From Eremomyces bilateralis CBS 781.70 (taxonomy: Eukaryota): a stretch of 64,000 nucleotides of DNA. Below are positions 12,342-25,908 of this stretch, piece by piece. The notes under the pieces were generated by a model. It was not told the origin of the DNA, ran no database searches, and worked only from the letters and a program-made list of their open reading frames with translations. Numbering within the stretch: position 1 is the first letter of the stretch; the number at the start of each line of letters is the position of its first letter. Both the position numbers and the translations under genes were made by a program. Location of the stretch: assembly GCA_010015585.1 (NCBI GenBank), contig ML975156.1; one strand, given 5' to 3'.

Positions 12342-14223
12342 ATGCGTCGGCCTTCATTACTGAGTGCATCAAGGCTAAGAGCCAAGATCGAGCCTCAGCT
12401 CCACAGGAGAGTACCATTTGAGCCTGGTATCTATGCCAACAGTCCACGATGGTCCAACAAAGACCTAGATCCCATTCCTCCAGAAGGGAGGACTTGGGGT
12501 GGGTTGGACTATTGGGCATATTGGACGTCCGATATGGTGAGTGAAGCTCTACTATAGTTATTATGATGAGCTGACCGTGTAGCTCGCTCCGCCGCTTGCA
12601 TCGACAGTGTCCAGTGTCATGGCATTAGGATTCACTGCTCGAGAGACCATTCCCATTGTCTTCTTTGGTTTCATGATCTGCTCCGGGGTCATTACCCTGA
12701 CCGGGAAGATGGGCGCTACATATAGTGTCCCCTTCCCTGTCATTGTTCGAAGCATCTTTGGCATGTACGGGTCTCTGCCGGCGATCTGCATTCGAGCATT
12801 TGTGGCTCTCATGTGGACTGCTATTTTGACCGTCCAAGCCGGTTCCTTCCTCCAGCGATGCATTGAGGCCATCTGGCCATCATTCATCGTTTTCCCGAAC
12901 CATTTACCAGAGAGCGCTGGAATTACTTGTAAGTATGCCGTCAACCGGAGCGTGAAATGAATCTGACACAAGGAAGCCGCTGGACTTCTCTCATTTTTCC
13001 TGTACTGGTTCATCCAGACAGGCCTCTCCCTCATGCCCATCAGGAAGCTCCGAATTCTTTTCCTGATCAAGGGTGTCGTTGTTCCCCCCACATTCCTTGC
13101 CCTCTTCCTCTGGGCTGCAATCGTGACGAAGGGCGGCGGTCCACTTGTCACCGGTCGCACTGAGCTCACATCTAGCTACATGAACACGGCGTACTCCGCG
13201 TTGACTGGACTTAATGCGATAATCGGCCTGTTCTCCTCAATGGCAGTGAACATGCCTGACTTTGGTCGGTACGTCACCCTTGCTCCGCTCTAGCCTTTCA
13301 CATACAAGGGGGTGAAACGGTCCAGCTCTGACAGGCTCATATAGATTCTCCAAGAACCGGCTAGCTGGTATTCACCAGTACTTCGCTCTTCCCATCATCG
13401 GAACCCTTGGTTCTCTCACACCCATTTTTGTCACTTCGGCGCACCAGTACATCTGGGGAGAATTTGAATGGTATATGCCAGCTGTCATTGCCAACTTCGA
13501 TTCCCGTGCCGCCAAATTTTTTGTCTCTGCGTCCTTTATCCTCGCTACCATCGGCAACCAGGTTGCGGCTGGTGAGTTTCATCCCAATGTTGCCTAGCAT
13601 AACATGAGATATTAACAGTGTATGCCACAGGTACATACCCCTTCTCCAACGACGTCAGCGGACTCTTCCCTCGTTACATCAATATCTTCCGCGCCACCCT
13701 TTTCATCTGCCTTTTCTGCGTGGTCTCCACGCCATGGAACATCATCAAAAATGCCGAGGGTCTTCTCGCTTTTTTATCCGGCTACTCCTGTCTCATGGGT
13801 CCTCTTGCTGGTGTTATGGTCTGCGACTACTACATCATCAAGAAAGGGAAACTTGATGTCCATGCTATGTACCAAGATAAGAGCATCTACTGGTACACGG
13901 GAGGCTTCAATTACCGTGCTTACATTGCATTCATCGTCGGCTTCGCGCCACTGATGCCGGGTTTCGCTAAGAGCATCGACCATGATCTCAATGTCGGCGG
14001 TGGCTGGAGGATATACTCCTTCGCATGGATCTTTGGGTTCACCTTTTCGTCTTTGGCCTACTATGTCATCTGCACGTGGATCTGGCCCCAGAAAGAGAGC
14101 TTGGTTGAAGAGGCAGTGCTTCCGCCGCAAATCGGAGACGTTACTCCGAGCATCGAGGGAGAGGCAGTTGAAGAGACTAAGGTCGAGTATACTGCTACGG
14201 AGAAGAATGTTAGTCCTGTTTAG
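12342..14223 (+). CDS. NCS1 family nucleobase/ureide permease (Fur4/Dal4-like); start approximate
   Basis: RWSNKDLDPIP..RTW, PFPVIVRSIFGMYG, NMPDFGR, PWN, GPLAGVMVCDYY, YWYTGGFNYRAY; multiple TM segments and introns. Confidence 0.9.
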
Positions 14224-15323
14224 GTCCAAAGTCGCGATATTGTCCAAGAGAGAAGGCACAGAGCTGTAGCTAGACGGTCTTTACTGGATATTATGTCCCC
14301 GCGATTCTGATTGAGCCTTGATTATGTACACAGTTTTCCGCTAGTTTTGAGTCTAGGTATATTGCACAAGCACCAAGTGATTATCATAGGAGCAGCTATC
14401 TTGGCTGGTATGTTAGTAACTGGAAATGGCAAGGCCATGGTCTCAGCCAATGTTAGTGGAATTAAAACAATTTCCGCAGTTAACCTCAGTCCTTTCCCCA
14501 CGGAGCGGTATCAGAACGTAATTTAAACTATTCCTAAATCAGGCAGAGGTGGAGTGGCAACATGAGTCTGCAATTAATCTAGTACTCTGTAGAAGAGGGA
14601 CGTTTACTTCCATCAGTGGACAAATTCCCACGTAGATATTCACGTTGTCTTCATCATCCAAAATGCTAAGGTTGGCAACAATCGTTTTTTTATATAGGGC
14701 TTGACCACTTTCTACAGAAAAGAAGATGTACTGGCGCGTTGTATCAGCCGCACTTGATCCTTTATCATGTTTACTTTGTAGTGCTGGCCTCGCCCTCACG
14801 TCAACATTTCCAAACTGAACCACGATACTGATGATGATGCGAGGAGTGTCCCTGGTAGCTACCGCGATGTCCTATTGTAAAGCAGGCGATACCCTTGTGG
14901 CCAATAGTTGGCAGGTTATAGGTCAAAGAGGGGTTGAGAAAATTATCCAATGTGATTATGTGGTCAGGGGTTCCATGTCTTTGATTAGCTCGCACAGATC
15001 AGAAAACATAGAAAGTGCATACATATTTGCAATTAACCGCGCCCCAAAACCAATGTAGTGGCCGTGTCTATCTCTACTAGGATGTCAAAAGTTACACAGA
15101 CTATCCAGCCTGATATCGTTATGGTGACCGGATACTGTGCTTGTAGGATCTGTGGACTTTGTTTAGTCCATGACAATATTTGGGAGTTATGACTTGTTCT
15201 TTTCAATTGTTCGCTTACCTTAGGACATGACTGGGACTGACTGATCCGCTTTGGAATGAATCCAATAGTCTGTGATTAAGTATCAGCTTCATGAACTAAA
15301 ACATGAAACGCAGAACTATAAAA

Positions 15324-15650
15324 TCATAACATTGATACCGAAGAGCGCCAATTTCTGAAATATGAAAGTACTTGCGACGGTTTATTGGACAATACAATCC
15401 ATTCCTCCAGCTTCTCCCCGGGTCTCTCTGCATTTTTGGAAGATCGACGCTTCCAGACCGCGAGTTTTGCTTTGGTCCATTCGGAGATCGACCGACACCC
15501 GTTGTTCGTAAGGATGCACTGTTTCATTTCATGCTTGCACGCAGTGCACATGATCGGCTTGTCAGTCCGTCTAGAGCCAACTTCACCGCATACACAGCAC
15601 CGGTACGAAACCGGGATGAGTTCCTGGAGGATTGCGTTTACTAGAGTCAT
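15324..15650 (-). CDS. Possible small Cys-rich (zinc-binding) protein
   Basis: ATG-initiated 108 aa ORF with RCCVCG..CTACKH..C..C spacing; no family recognised. Confidence 0.3.
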   Translation of the reverse strand: MTLVNAILQELIPVSYRCCVCGEVGSRRTDKPIMCTACKHEMKQCILTNNGCRSISEWTKAKLAVWKRRSSKNAERPGEKLEEWIVLSNKPSQVLSYFRNWRSSVSML

Positions 15651-17787
15651 GGTTGTGGCAGTCTCAGATGCCGAATAGCAAACGAAAAGAAAAGAATCTG
15701 CTCTAATTGGACATGCTGCAACTGAGTACTAGATGAGGTGTATAATGTAAAGGGAGCTTGAAAGAGGAGGAAAGTTGGATAGAGCAAATGCCAAATGGAA
15801 CCCATTTGGGGGAAACGTTTGATAGACACTGTGATAGTGACAAAAGCACAATGGGTATCATTCAACGAAGCAATTCCTTTGTACAATAGAGACAATTCTC
15901 CGAAGGAAGAACTTGGTAATGCTTGTCCTTTGTCTCTGTAGACTATCTGTTGCCATAGGACAGACAATTGATAAGGGAAGAGAGTTAACACAATGAGACG
16001 TGTTTAAACTGGTTGTGATAGGAAGAGCAGAATTCATGGGGACTTCGACTTTCTTAAGCTCTTTTCATGCGATCAGTTAACAAAATAATTCAAATGAGAT
16101 GACATTTGCCCACCCATATTACCTACCCTCGACATGTTAGCAAAATAAACTAGCGACTATCAAGTTCAGTTGTAGGATGAATGGGGATATATGAGAGACG
16201 TAGACAGTTAGATTAGCGAACGGGAATTTGAAAGCAGGCTTCCTAGGACGGGTGGCATGAATGCAACACATGCACCGGCCTGTAGATGAACTCTTGATGT
16301 ATCATATGGACCTGTGAGATAAATAGCAGTTTCGCTCAATCAGGTGATTGGTGCAGCGACACAGTGGGAAAACACCGTTAGATTCCAAAAGAGCATAGAT
16401 AGATTGACCTTGATCCTGAAGAGCAGGAATTGTTGAACTTAACGGACCATAAGCTTCTCCGAACCGAACTCATTTAGATTGAGATAGCTAAGTTAGTTAT
16501 AGAAAAGCAAGATTAGAATACAGAGTAACCACGGTCTTAAAGGCGTTCCTAACACTGCCGTGTTCTTTCTTCTTAGTACAAAGGTATGCCAGACTATTCT
16601 GGAAACACAAACTTCCGCCAGGCCTTTCCAACAGGAATCCTGCGAAAACAGGCTGTTCCTGCAGCTATTTTATATGATTTACAATGGAGATCTAATCCCT
16701 AAAAAGGGACAGAATAGAGATATAGAATCGAATATGGAATTAATCCCTGCGGAAACGCCAAGAAACATATATGTATATTCTGTGACAGCACTGAGAGCGC
16801 CATATCAGGTCTATATCCGTACTGTCGTGACTTGGAGTTCGACAGCCGGATGCACTTCAAGAATCATGTGGCCACAGTACATGGTATCCGCCTGCATTGT
16901 ACGTGCTTCTTCAGATAATCAGCGAGGTTTCTGCTAGCAGGTAGCAAAGTTGACAAAAGGATTTTGCATATGCAGTACGCTCAGGTTTCATGGGCGATGG
17001 AGTGATGAATGAGTCTTTCAAAGCATACTTCTAACGGGGTTCATTTCATGGATAGGCTACTGTGCTGGATCTTCTTTCCCATTCCTTTTACCTTGGGTCA
17101 CGGCAAATGTACATCTGCATTTCCTAGAGTATCCACTAGTAGTAATTAGTGGTTGAATCCCCTCTACTACCTTGCCTACCCACTGAATAAGGGTCATGTC
17201 GGATGGGTCACTCTCAGCGACTATTTAGCAAATCCATGCTTTCAAATGAATATTGATTTTCGAGGCTGGGCTTGCACAACTCGGTATTTCCCGCAAATAA
17301 AAATATTCTAGTAGAAGGAAGCAATTGACAAGGCACAGTGGGCATGATCGATGGGTTCAGCACCAGGTGTGGGATAGTATGCCATGGATACATCAGTGAA
17401 ACCATTGTCCAGGGACGACGGGAAGACAAGGGAAGATGGGAAGACAAGCGAAGATAATATCTGCTAATTATCGCTTATAACGATCAGTGTTAGCGCGATC
17501 AAACAATACGAACTGCAGGATCATGCAAGAACCGGCGCACCAACTTCACCCATATCTGTCTACCAGAGAGGCCAGGGTAGGGCAGGACCTTCTCTTACTT
17601 CACGGTAACTGCTTTATTTTGAAGTTCTATGCTTTACTGGAGCTGAGAAATGATATCGCTTAGAGTTCGTATAGAAATCAAGTATATATACCTAGTAGAT
17701 CACTGGGTGGTTGTTCGGCGCTCCTACTTGGCCAGAAGCACCAGTCGCAGCACCGAAACCGTCCCCACTACTTCGTTTTCAATCAAA

Positions 17788-18210
17788 ATGCCCACGATAG
17801 GGCAGCTGCTGCGACAACCGCTGGGAGCAGCTAGGTATACACTGATCAGTGCCCCATCGCTCTCTGCGAAAGAGTGGGCTCAAGCCTATGAACCTCTCAT
17901 TAACCCCGTTGTACACGAAGAATCTTTGCAAGAGACATTTCCGCTTGATGATTTTGACGAACTAGTCCACGATGAAAATGCGAATGGGCTGAACGAGGCG
18001 ATGGAGGTTATTCAGTCAGAAGGAGACATTACCCAAAACTGGCACCGAACATTTGGCTTACTACACCACGCACGGAAACGGTTGGAACGGGTGCTTTGGG
18101 CATGCTCTCAATGCGGACCTTCCCATATAAGTGCTAATTATAGCAACCATTTTTGCTCTTTTGGCATGCATATGTATAGAGATAAGCACATTGCAACACT
18201 CGTCAGATAG
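17788..18210 (+). pseudogene. Hypothetical protein fragment, possibly truncated
   Basis: ORF MPTIGQLLRQP..AKEWAQAYEPL.. has protein-like composition but no clean continuation beyond ~18210. Confidence 0.3.
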
Positions 18211-18574
18211 TGATGATATGTGCTGCCTTCCGCCCAGCCTCTGTTGCAGATTTCGGGTATGGTTCTATGTGGGAGCTAAACCACGGTGCGGATATTGAGG
18301 TGGGCGGGTGAAGACTCCATGGTCCTCATTTCGTGGGGATGCTTTGAGATCTTGCACCTTTCCGTTATATCGCGCAAAGGTTGGGGTTGTCATGCTGTTA
18401 GGCGTTCATAGTTGGGAGATAGTCGTAGAAGATGCGGAAAAGCGGTGGATTAATGCGCACTAAAGGCGCTGCGTTTCCAAGAGGTTATTGCCGTACAACA
18501 CAATTGCAAAGTGCTCTAGTGACTCTACCATAACGTATACATCGTTTCACACGACACAAGACGCAGCTCTTTAA

Positions 18575-20207
18575 CTACAGCTTCGCCCCCAGCGCCTTCG
18601 AGACCTTCAACTCCTGCCTCACCGCTAAATCCGAAATAATCTCCTCACTCCCCCCACCCACAGAGTACATCCTCAGATCCCTACTAATCTGCTCGACCTG
18701 CCAACCCACCCCCCCTCGCTGATACCCAGCGCCCCCAAGCACCTGCTGCGCCTCCCTACACGCCAGCTCCAGCAACCTCGTGCCATTGACCTTGGACAGC
18801 GCCATGCGGCTCGCCAGCTCCGGGCCCGACCACCCTCGGCGGCTGGCGTGGTAGGCGATCTGCTCCAGCCACGCGAAGTTCGACTCTACGCCCCGCGCGA
18901 TGGTGGCGAATTTGTCACGGATGATCTGGTTGCTTATTAAGGGCGCGCCGAAGGTTTCACGGTCTTGCGCGTACTTCAGGGCCGTGGTGAGGCAGGTGCG
19001 CGCCTTGCGGTTGGAGCCGACGGACATGAGAAAGCGCTCTTTGTTGAAGTCTGGTGTAAGGTGTTAGCATGCGATGGGTGGAGGGAGGAAACAGAGGGAA
19101 GGGGGATGGGGACGGGGCGTACTTGTCATAAGGGTGAGGAAGCCCTTGTTTTCTTGCCCTATTATGTTCTCGACTGGCACCTTGACGTCCTCGAGGTAGA
19201 CCCACGCACTATCTGGAGAAACGATCAGTACCATGCGCCACGACTCGAAAGCCTAAAAGTAGGAACGCTTGTCATACTTGCTGCGTTCGCACCGCTGTTG
19301 TAGATCTTCTTGGCCGAGAAACCGGGCAGATCGGTAGGGATCACCAGCACGGAGACGCCGCCCGCGCCAGGGCCTCCGGTCCTCACAGCGGTTGTCATAT
19401 GTGTTGCTTGAAGTGCGCCCGTGATCCATTTCTGTGCGTAACCATCAGCGTCCACACTGTGTTTGAATGCCCGAATATCTTTCTGAAAAAGTCTCTGCCC
19501 ACCTTTGTCCCCTTCACAATATAGAATTTCCCATCTGGCGTCTTCCTCGCCGTCGTCCTCAGATTAGCCAAATCCGAGCCCCCAGACGGCTCCGTCGCAC
19601 CGAGGCAGAACTGCGTCTCGCCCGTAAAGATGCCTGGCAGCCAGGCCTGCTTCTGCGCCTCCGTGCCGAAGGCGATGATGGGTGGGACGCCGATTTTCGT
19701 GCCACCTCCGGAGAGGGCAGTCAGCACGCCGGACTCAACGCGGGCGGTCTCGTCGGTGAGGATGAGGTGGTGGAAGATGTCCCAGTCTGTGGAGTGGAGT
19801 GTTAGTGGTGTTTTCCTTTTCAAGCTTTTGAGGAATTGCTGGGTTTCCAATTTCATACCATCGGCTGAGATGCCGGCAGGAAGAGAAGTCCCCGGACGGT
19901 ACTTTTGCGGGATGCTCTGGAGTACGAAGCCTGCGCTGACGAACTTCATAGTTTCCTGGGATGCGTGTCAGCCGCCGAGTCTGGTTGCTTTCGCGGTGGA
20001 ACTACGTTTGCGGAGGCATACCTCTTTTGGGACACATCCGGATTCCTCCCACTCCTGCGCGTACGGAAGAACATTCTCGTCGATGTAGTTGCGGGCCCAG
20101 GCGGCCAGCTTTCTGTGCGTGGAGTTGTAGTAGGGCGAGTCGAGGATGTTGTACCAGGCTGGCTCGGCCCAAGGGCTGAGCTCGCCGAATGTTTCTTTTG
20201 GAGACAT
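18575..20207 (-). CDS. Acyl-CoA dehydrogenase with C-terminal PTS1 (AKL)
   Basis: PWAEPAWY..SPYY, FCLGATEPSGGSDLA, KWITG, QVLGGAGY, VGGGSEEI; ends GAKL; multiple introns. Confidence 0.93.
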
Positions 20208-20500
20208 GGAGAAGGGAGTGATGACAGAGAGTAGAGATAAAGAAACGAAGAAAAACAATAAGAATCGCTGAGAGAGAGTGGAGGTGGTACGTTACGGCTG
20301 GTAATACTATAGGACTCACCTCATTTTTATGCTTGGCTATACTAGTTTATGCTATTCTAGAATAGTGCAGCTAGTTAGTACATGACATCATTAGAAGATC
20401 TCTGACATTCTTTGACCACCCTGTTGTTGTTGCATTTCAAAACTTAGGAGGCATAGACGGTGCACGTTATGAGGGCGGAGCTAACAGCGATAAGTATTCC

Positions 20501-20518
20501 TGTCATCTTTTTATGACG
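20501..20518. promoter_or_regulatory. Cluster palindrome TGTCA-N8-TGACG (ACAD/esterase divergent promoter)
   Basis: tgtca tcttttta tgacg. Confidence 0.7.
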
Positions 20519-20914
20519 AGCCGCGATTACGGGTTTGGTCGCTTATCCTTTAGCTGCAGGTGCCCCTGTACTAGCTTCCCCACAACGTCACACCAACCCA
20601 TGTACGCGGTACGTACCCCGCAAAACGTCGAGACATGCAAACGAGTAAACAATGAGCAAATCAAATCAAATCTGTACGGAGTATGGATACAACGGGAAAG
20701 ATAAATTCTCACATAGTTAACTTATGGTACACGAACTAAAATACTGAGGACTATAGATATAGACATGGCTCACGATCTGCAACCACGTCGGGTTTCAATT
20801 GAGATTTATTTTCCTTCAATATGCGCTATTTGACCCGTCACGATAAACTTTATACTGTCTGTTCCAAATAGCAGTTGATTGTCTGTTGCCATTCTCACCA
20901 TTCTCGCCGTAACA

Positions 20915-22261
20915 ATGGCAGAATCCCAATACGACCCCAACCCCAACTTCGGCCAATCCGCCTCCCTCTCCGACCGCCTACAATCCGCCTGGCTGCTCCT
21001 CAGTCTCCCCTTTCACCTCACAACTGCAGCAATCACTCGCCCATTCATGAACACCTCTCTTTCCTTCAGGGAGTACATGAGGCGGGCCCTCGTACGCAAG
21101 TACGGCTCCCATCTCCTCCTTCTCCTCCTTCTTTCACTGCGCCAAAACGCGCCTGTTTTAGAGTTGACGTGCCGATCCTAACGTTTGCCTAGCATTCTCC
21201 ACTTCCCTGTGCTGTCCGTGAGCCGAAAAACAGTCAGTCTAGACCCTGTCAAGACATCCCTGCGCTATAAAGCGCTTTTTGATGGCGGGCACCTCAATCA
21301 GCGTATCCAGCGCGCAGACTTCGCTGGAAACTGGGTCTGCAAGGCCAACTTTGACGGCGGAGCCGACGTCGCAAAGTCAGACATCGTAATCTTTTTCATC
21401 CATGGTACGTCCCCTATGGTACCCTCCTCAACCTCTTCTAAGTCCCCACCCCCGCCATTCTAATCCCCAATTTCAGGCGGCGCGTATGTAACCGGCCACC
21501 TACACCAATACATGCCTCTCCTTCTCCGCCTATCCGAGACCATCTCCGCCACCAGGGGCCTTACCGTCTCTATCTTTGCCCTCGACTACTCTCTCGCCCC
21601 CGAACACCCCTTCCCTTGCCAACTTTCCCAAGCTGCAACAGCGTACACGTACCTCACCACTGAACTAAACATTCCCCCCTCTAACATCGTGCTCACGGGC
21701 GACTCCGCGGGGGGTTCGATCGCGCTGTCACTGCTTACACATTTGCGCCAGCCGAATCCCGGGGTGGAAATGGTGCTGCCGAGGGAGGAAAAGCCAAAGG
21801 CACTGTTCTTGCTGAGTCCCTGGGTTAGCCTGGCGAGTGAGAAGGGGTATAAGGAGAAGGAGGCGAGCGATATATTGCATCCCGCGAGTTTGGCGGGGTG
21901 TGTGCGCTACTTGCTGCCTACTCCTGCTGCCGTTGCAGACGCAGCGCCGTATCTTGAGTTCGCCACACCAACGCCTAGTCGCTCGTGCAACTTTAACGAG
22001 TTGTTGCCTGAGCACGTGTGGGTGTCTGCCGGCGAAGACGAGATTTTTCTGCATAATATTACGAGCTTCGTGGATGAAGCCAGGAAGAGTGGGGTTAAGG
22101 TGGAGTACGAGATTGAGAGTGGGAAATTCCATGATTGGCAGCTTTTTGATAGTGTGCAGAATGCTGGGGTGTTTTTGGGGAAGGAGAGGGGGGCGAGAGA
22201 TGAGGGAGAGATGGAGGGCGTGGAGAGGATTGGGAGGGCAGTTGCGGGGGTTTTTGATTGA
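20915..22261 (+). CDS. Alpha/beta hydrolase (HSL-family esterase/lactonase, Say1-like)
   Basis: HGGAY split by an intron, LDYSLAPE..FP, GDSAG nucleophile elbow, LSPW, terminal His in GKFHDW. Confidence 0.9.
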
Positions 22262-22590
22262 GGGGTGTGGATGCGCGGATAGGGATGGAATAGAAAGTTA
22301 GAGGGTGAATAATAACTTATTTGAAAAGGTATGGACGGTTCTGTTTAAATAAACATGGAATACTTCAGACCTGTTAAATGATTGGTGCATAACGTGTCTA
22401 GATTGACTGCAGCTGTAGCCACTACAACTCTTATATGAGACTACACAGCGTGAGTTTATTCTTGCTTGCGACTTTGGAGTAGTCGATGAAATTAAGATCA
22501 AGCGTCAGATTTCCAATCATAACGGCTATGCTAACAATTTCTAAAGATTTACAAAACGAAATAAACCTCTTCAAATCTGCCTCCTTCACT

Positions 22591-24579
22591 CTACAGCTTC
22601 GTCTTCGCGGCGGCCGCCCCCCTCCCCGCCTTCTCCTTCCTGGCGGGCAGCTCACTCCTTTGAATTTTCCCCGTCGGGTTCTTGGGAATCGCATCGATTG
22701 CAAAAACGCCCCCTCTTAGCTTCTTGTACGGGCTCACAATCTTATCCACTGACTCCCGGATGCGTTTCAGCGCCGCTTCACGATCGTTCTGCGCCACGGA
22801 GGACGAGAGCACGACGTAGCCAATTGGAACTTCGGTTTGGCCATCTTCGTGCCAGAGGGCGCAGACGGCTGCTTCTTCGACTTCGGGGTGCGAGGCGAGG
22901 AGGTCTTCGAGTTCGGCGGGGGCGACTTGCATGCTGCAACAGTCAGCTATCTGGGCAGCAGATGGTGGATTGTCGGACTTACCCCTTATACTTAATCATC
23001 TCCTTCTTCCGATCCTTAAACCATAAAAACCCATCCTTATCAATTGATAGTGTATCGCCAGTGCGCAGCCAGCCATCATGGAAGGACTCCTGCGTGCTCT
23101 TGGGGTTATTGCGGTAGCCCGCAAACACGGTGGGCGCCTTGATGAGCGCTTCGCCAGGCTCACCTAGCTTGACGTCATTCATGTTGTCGTCAATGATGCG
23201 CATCTTGCTAAGACTGGTGTTAGAGCGGTGTAGTGAGAGACAGGGGAGGGGGAACGTACACGCCTGGGTAGAGCCGTCCTACGCTGCCTGCTTTCTCTGC
23301 TGAGCGCCGGCCGCGGAGCCCAGCGACGGAAACTTCACTCATGCTACGCCAGACGTTAGAAAATGCTTGCAACACTGCAATTGGAGGACAATTTCTGCTT
23401 ACCCGTAACCCTGCGTAATGCTAACCCTTGGCATGATCTGCTGCAGCCTCTGCACAACCTCGACTTGCAGCGCCGCACCAGCGCACATGAGCGTCTTGAC
23501 GGTCGTCAGGTCGAGCTGATCGATGCGCGGGTCCTTGGTAATCGCCACGGCGACTGCGGGAACCATCCTCATGACCGTGCTGCCGACTTTAGAGCAGGAC
23601 TGGATATACTGGTCGTAGACGAATGCCGGAAGGATGGCGATGTAGTTTCCGAGGAAGGCGGGGATGAGAACGCCGCCCAGGAGACCGAATAGGTGTGGGA
23701 CTGCGCGATGTTAGCATGTTAGTCTTGCAGGGTAACGGTTCAATGGGTGTACGGACAGGGACCGAAGAAGACTTCGCGCGAGTCGGCGTTCGCGTCCTCG
23801 GGATTTGCGGTGCGGTTGCTCAATGCATTGGCAATCATTCCGTAGTGGCTCAGGTGTACACCCTTTGGTTTTCCAGACGTCCCGGAGCTGAAAACAACGG
23901 CAGCCGGGAGGGTGCGGTTGTCGATGTTTGACAGGTCGACTGGCGGAATTGGATTTACGGCAGTCGAGCGGAGATACTTGTGTGGGAACTGAGACCGGTT
24001 AGGTTTTGATTTGGTTGGCGTTTGGAGTTGGACTTCTTACGGCAACCGCCGATTGATTGTCAATGTTGATAATTGGTGCCGAAGGAACGGTCGTATGATG
24101 GTGGGCCACTGTCCTCTCAACGACGCCGCGACGATGAGGCTCCACGACAATTAACTTTGCGGCCGCTACTGAAAGATAATGCCCCAGATCATGTTCCGAG
24201 GTTGCAACATTGATTCCGCTGCTCTACATTAGCAAACTTCATTTCGCGACATCACACCTGAAGAAGCTCACATGATCGTTCCACCAAACCACATCACGGC
24301 ATGTGCCAGTAGAATATAATTTGCCGAGTTTGCAGCGTACACAACTACGGCATCGCCCATCTTTAGGTTGAAAGCATGCACCAATTCGGCGGCGAGCTTT
24401 GCGGCATCTCTACGAAGCCCGCCATATGTAATCTTGCTGCCCTTTGGGTCAATGTCCTCGTAGATGACCTTGTCCGGCGAGATATCATCTGGATTGACAT
24501 CGAGCAGGTACTGACCGAGTGATTTGTTGGTTGGGACCAAATATTCGGGATAAATCGAGCTGTAGATTATTGGTGCCAT
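22591..24579 (-). CDS. Acyl/aryl-CoA ligase (4-coumarate-CoA-ligase-like), C-terminal TKL
   Basis: FSSGTSGKPKGV, GWLRTGD, DRKKEMIKYKG, QVAPAELE, IPKNPTGKIQR; many introns. Confidence 0.92.
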
Positions 24580-24887
24580 GATGTGTGGACGTGTGGTTCT
24601 GTCTGGATGTGCGGAGCAAGGCGAAAAGAAATCAACAACGCAGACAACACTTCAACTCAATATTTTAAAGTAGTGCAGCAGCGCGTTAAGAGCCATGACG
24701 GTAATTGGGCGACATTACATAGTCGCCTCTCCAAGCAGCCGAGACGAACATAATCCCTAGTCAGAAATATCATATCACGGCATCATGGTATAAATGGCAA
24801 CTTGTGCCGTGAACTGCGGTCGTAGTTGCTGGAATGAGTGTAGCATGAGGAGCAAAGTACTAGTATAGACATTGACGCTAGAAAGGA

Positions 24888-24905
24888 AGTCATCCATTTC
24901 TGACA
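24888..24905. promoter_or_regulatory. Cluster palindrome AGTCA-N8-TGACA (CoA ligase promoter)
   Basis: agtca tccatttc tgaca. Confidence 0.7.
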
Positions 24906-25129
24906 AAATGAGACCGGCAAGTAGGGTACAGGTATGGTGTACATACACGTTAAACCGGAGCAGGACTAACTTAGAGCACTAATTAGTGCTAACTAGTTAG
25001 AGGTGATAAACTGAGGTAGATTGTGGGGAAAGTACCTCGAATAGAAAGTCTGGGGAATATGCAGGGTTAGCGCCTTGGCGGTGACCAGCGCTAGCGCATC
25101 GTAAACGCTAACTAACTTAGCACGCTAAC

Positions 25130-25174
25130 TAACGTAATCCACCACCGAGTTGCGAATACCACCGAGCTGCGAAC
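25130..25174 (+). mobile_element. Orphan pogo/Fot1-type terminal inverted repeat
   Basis: TA|ACGTAATCC followed by tandem ACCACCGAGYTGCGAA units, the layout typical of Fot1/Tan1-type ends; no partner end found. Confidence 0.5.
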
Positions 25175-25258
25175 TTCGAATCTCACCAGAATCAGGATAT
25201 TTCATATCCCGATATCTCAACAACAACATGATAATAAAATCTAAAAGTTGATAGATAG

Positions 25259-25304
25259 ACTTTACCTAACTTAGTTGGCTTAACTTAGTTAAGTTAGGTA
25301 AAGT
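25259..25304. repeat. 15-bp perfect inverted repeat
   Basis: actttacctaactta (25259-25273) and taagttaggtaaagt (25290-25304), 16-nt spacer. Confidence 0.8.
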
Positions 25305-25410
25305 AATGTACGGGGCAACTATAGAGTCAAAGAATACTTTTTGGGGAGGTGGATGGGGCGGTTTTGGACTTCCAACTCTCTGTTTCAGTTTTTCTACCTT
25401 CACGACTTCG

Positions 25411-25455
25411 ATGCCTCCATGCTAATTTCGGAAGCGTGATGATGTTAAACACTAT
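25411..25455 (+). repeat. Direct repeat copy A (partner 27605-27649)
   Basis: 45 bp with 4 mismatches, all G/A transitions; weaker similarity extends ~60 bp upstream in both copies. Confidence 0.85.
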
Positions 25456-25908
25456 GGGTCTGCAGCGGAGTCTCCCTCTGTTTTCTCATATAATGGACAA
25501 TGTTTATGTGTTATGATCTGGTATCAGGGATACAACACATGGGTTTAGAACTCTTGGAGCAGAGTGTGCAGTCAAGGAGGCACGCAAGTGAGTGAGTGCA
25601 GGCTTTGCTCAGTTATATACACATAGCTGCCCAGCTCCCATTGTCCTGGTCCTGATCGCCTCTGATCATTCTGATCGATCCGATCATTGTGATCATTGTG
25701 ATCATCGACCTGGTGATGTCCTAACACAGCGGCGCCGATTTACATCGAGCTACGTCCAGATTGTCTGTCTTTGTAACTATCGTAGAATCTGATAATAACC
25801 GAAGGATGAACAGCGAGCAGTGCAATCTATTTGTTAGGTGACTGGATGCATATAAGCAGGATATCAAGAGGATAAATTGTGCAACCGAAAAGACCCTTGA
25901 GCAGCCCT

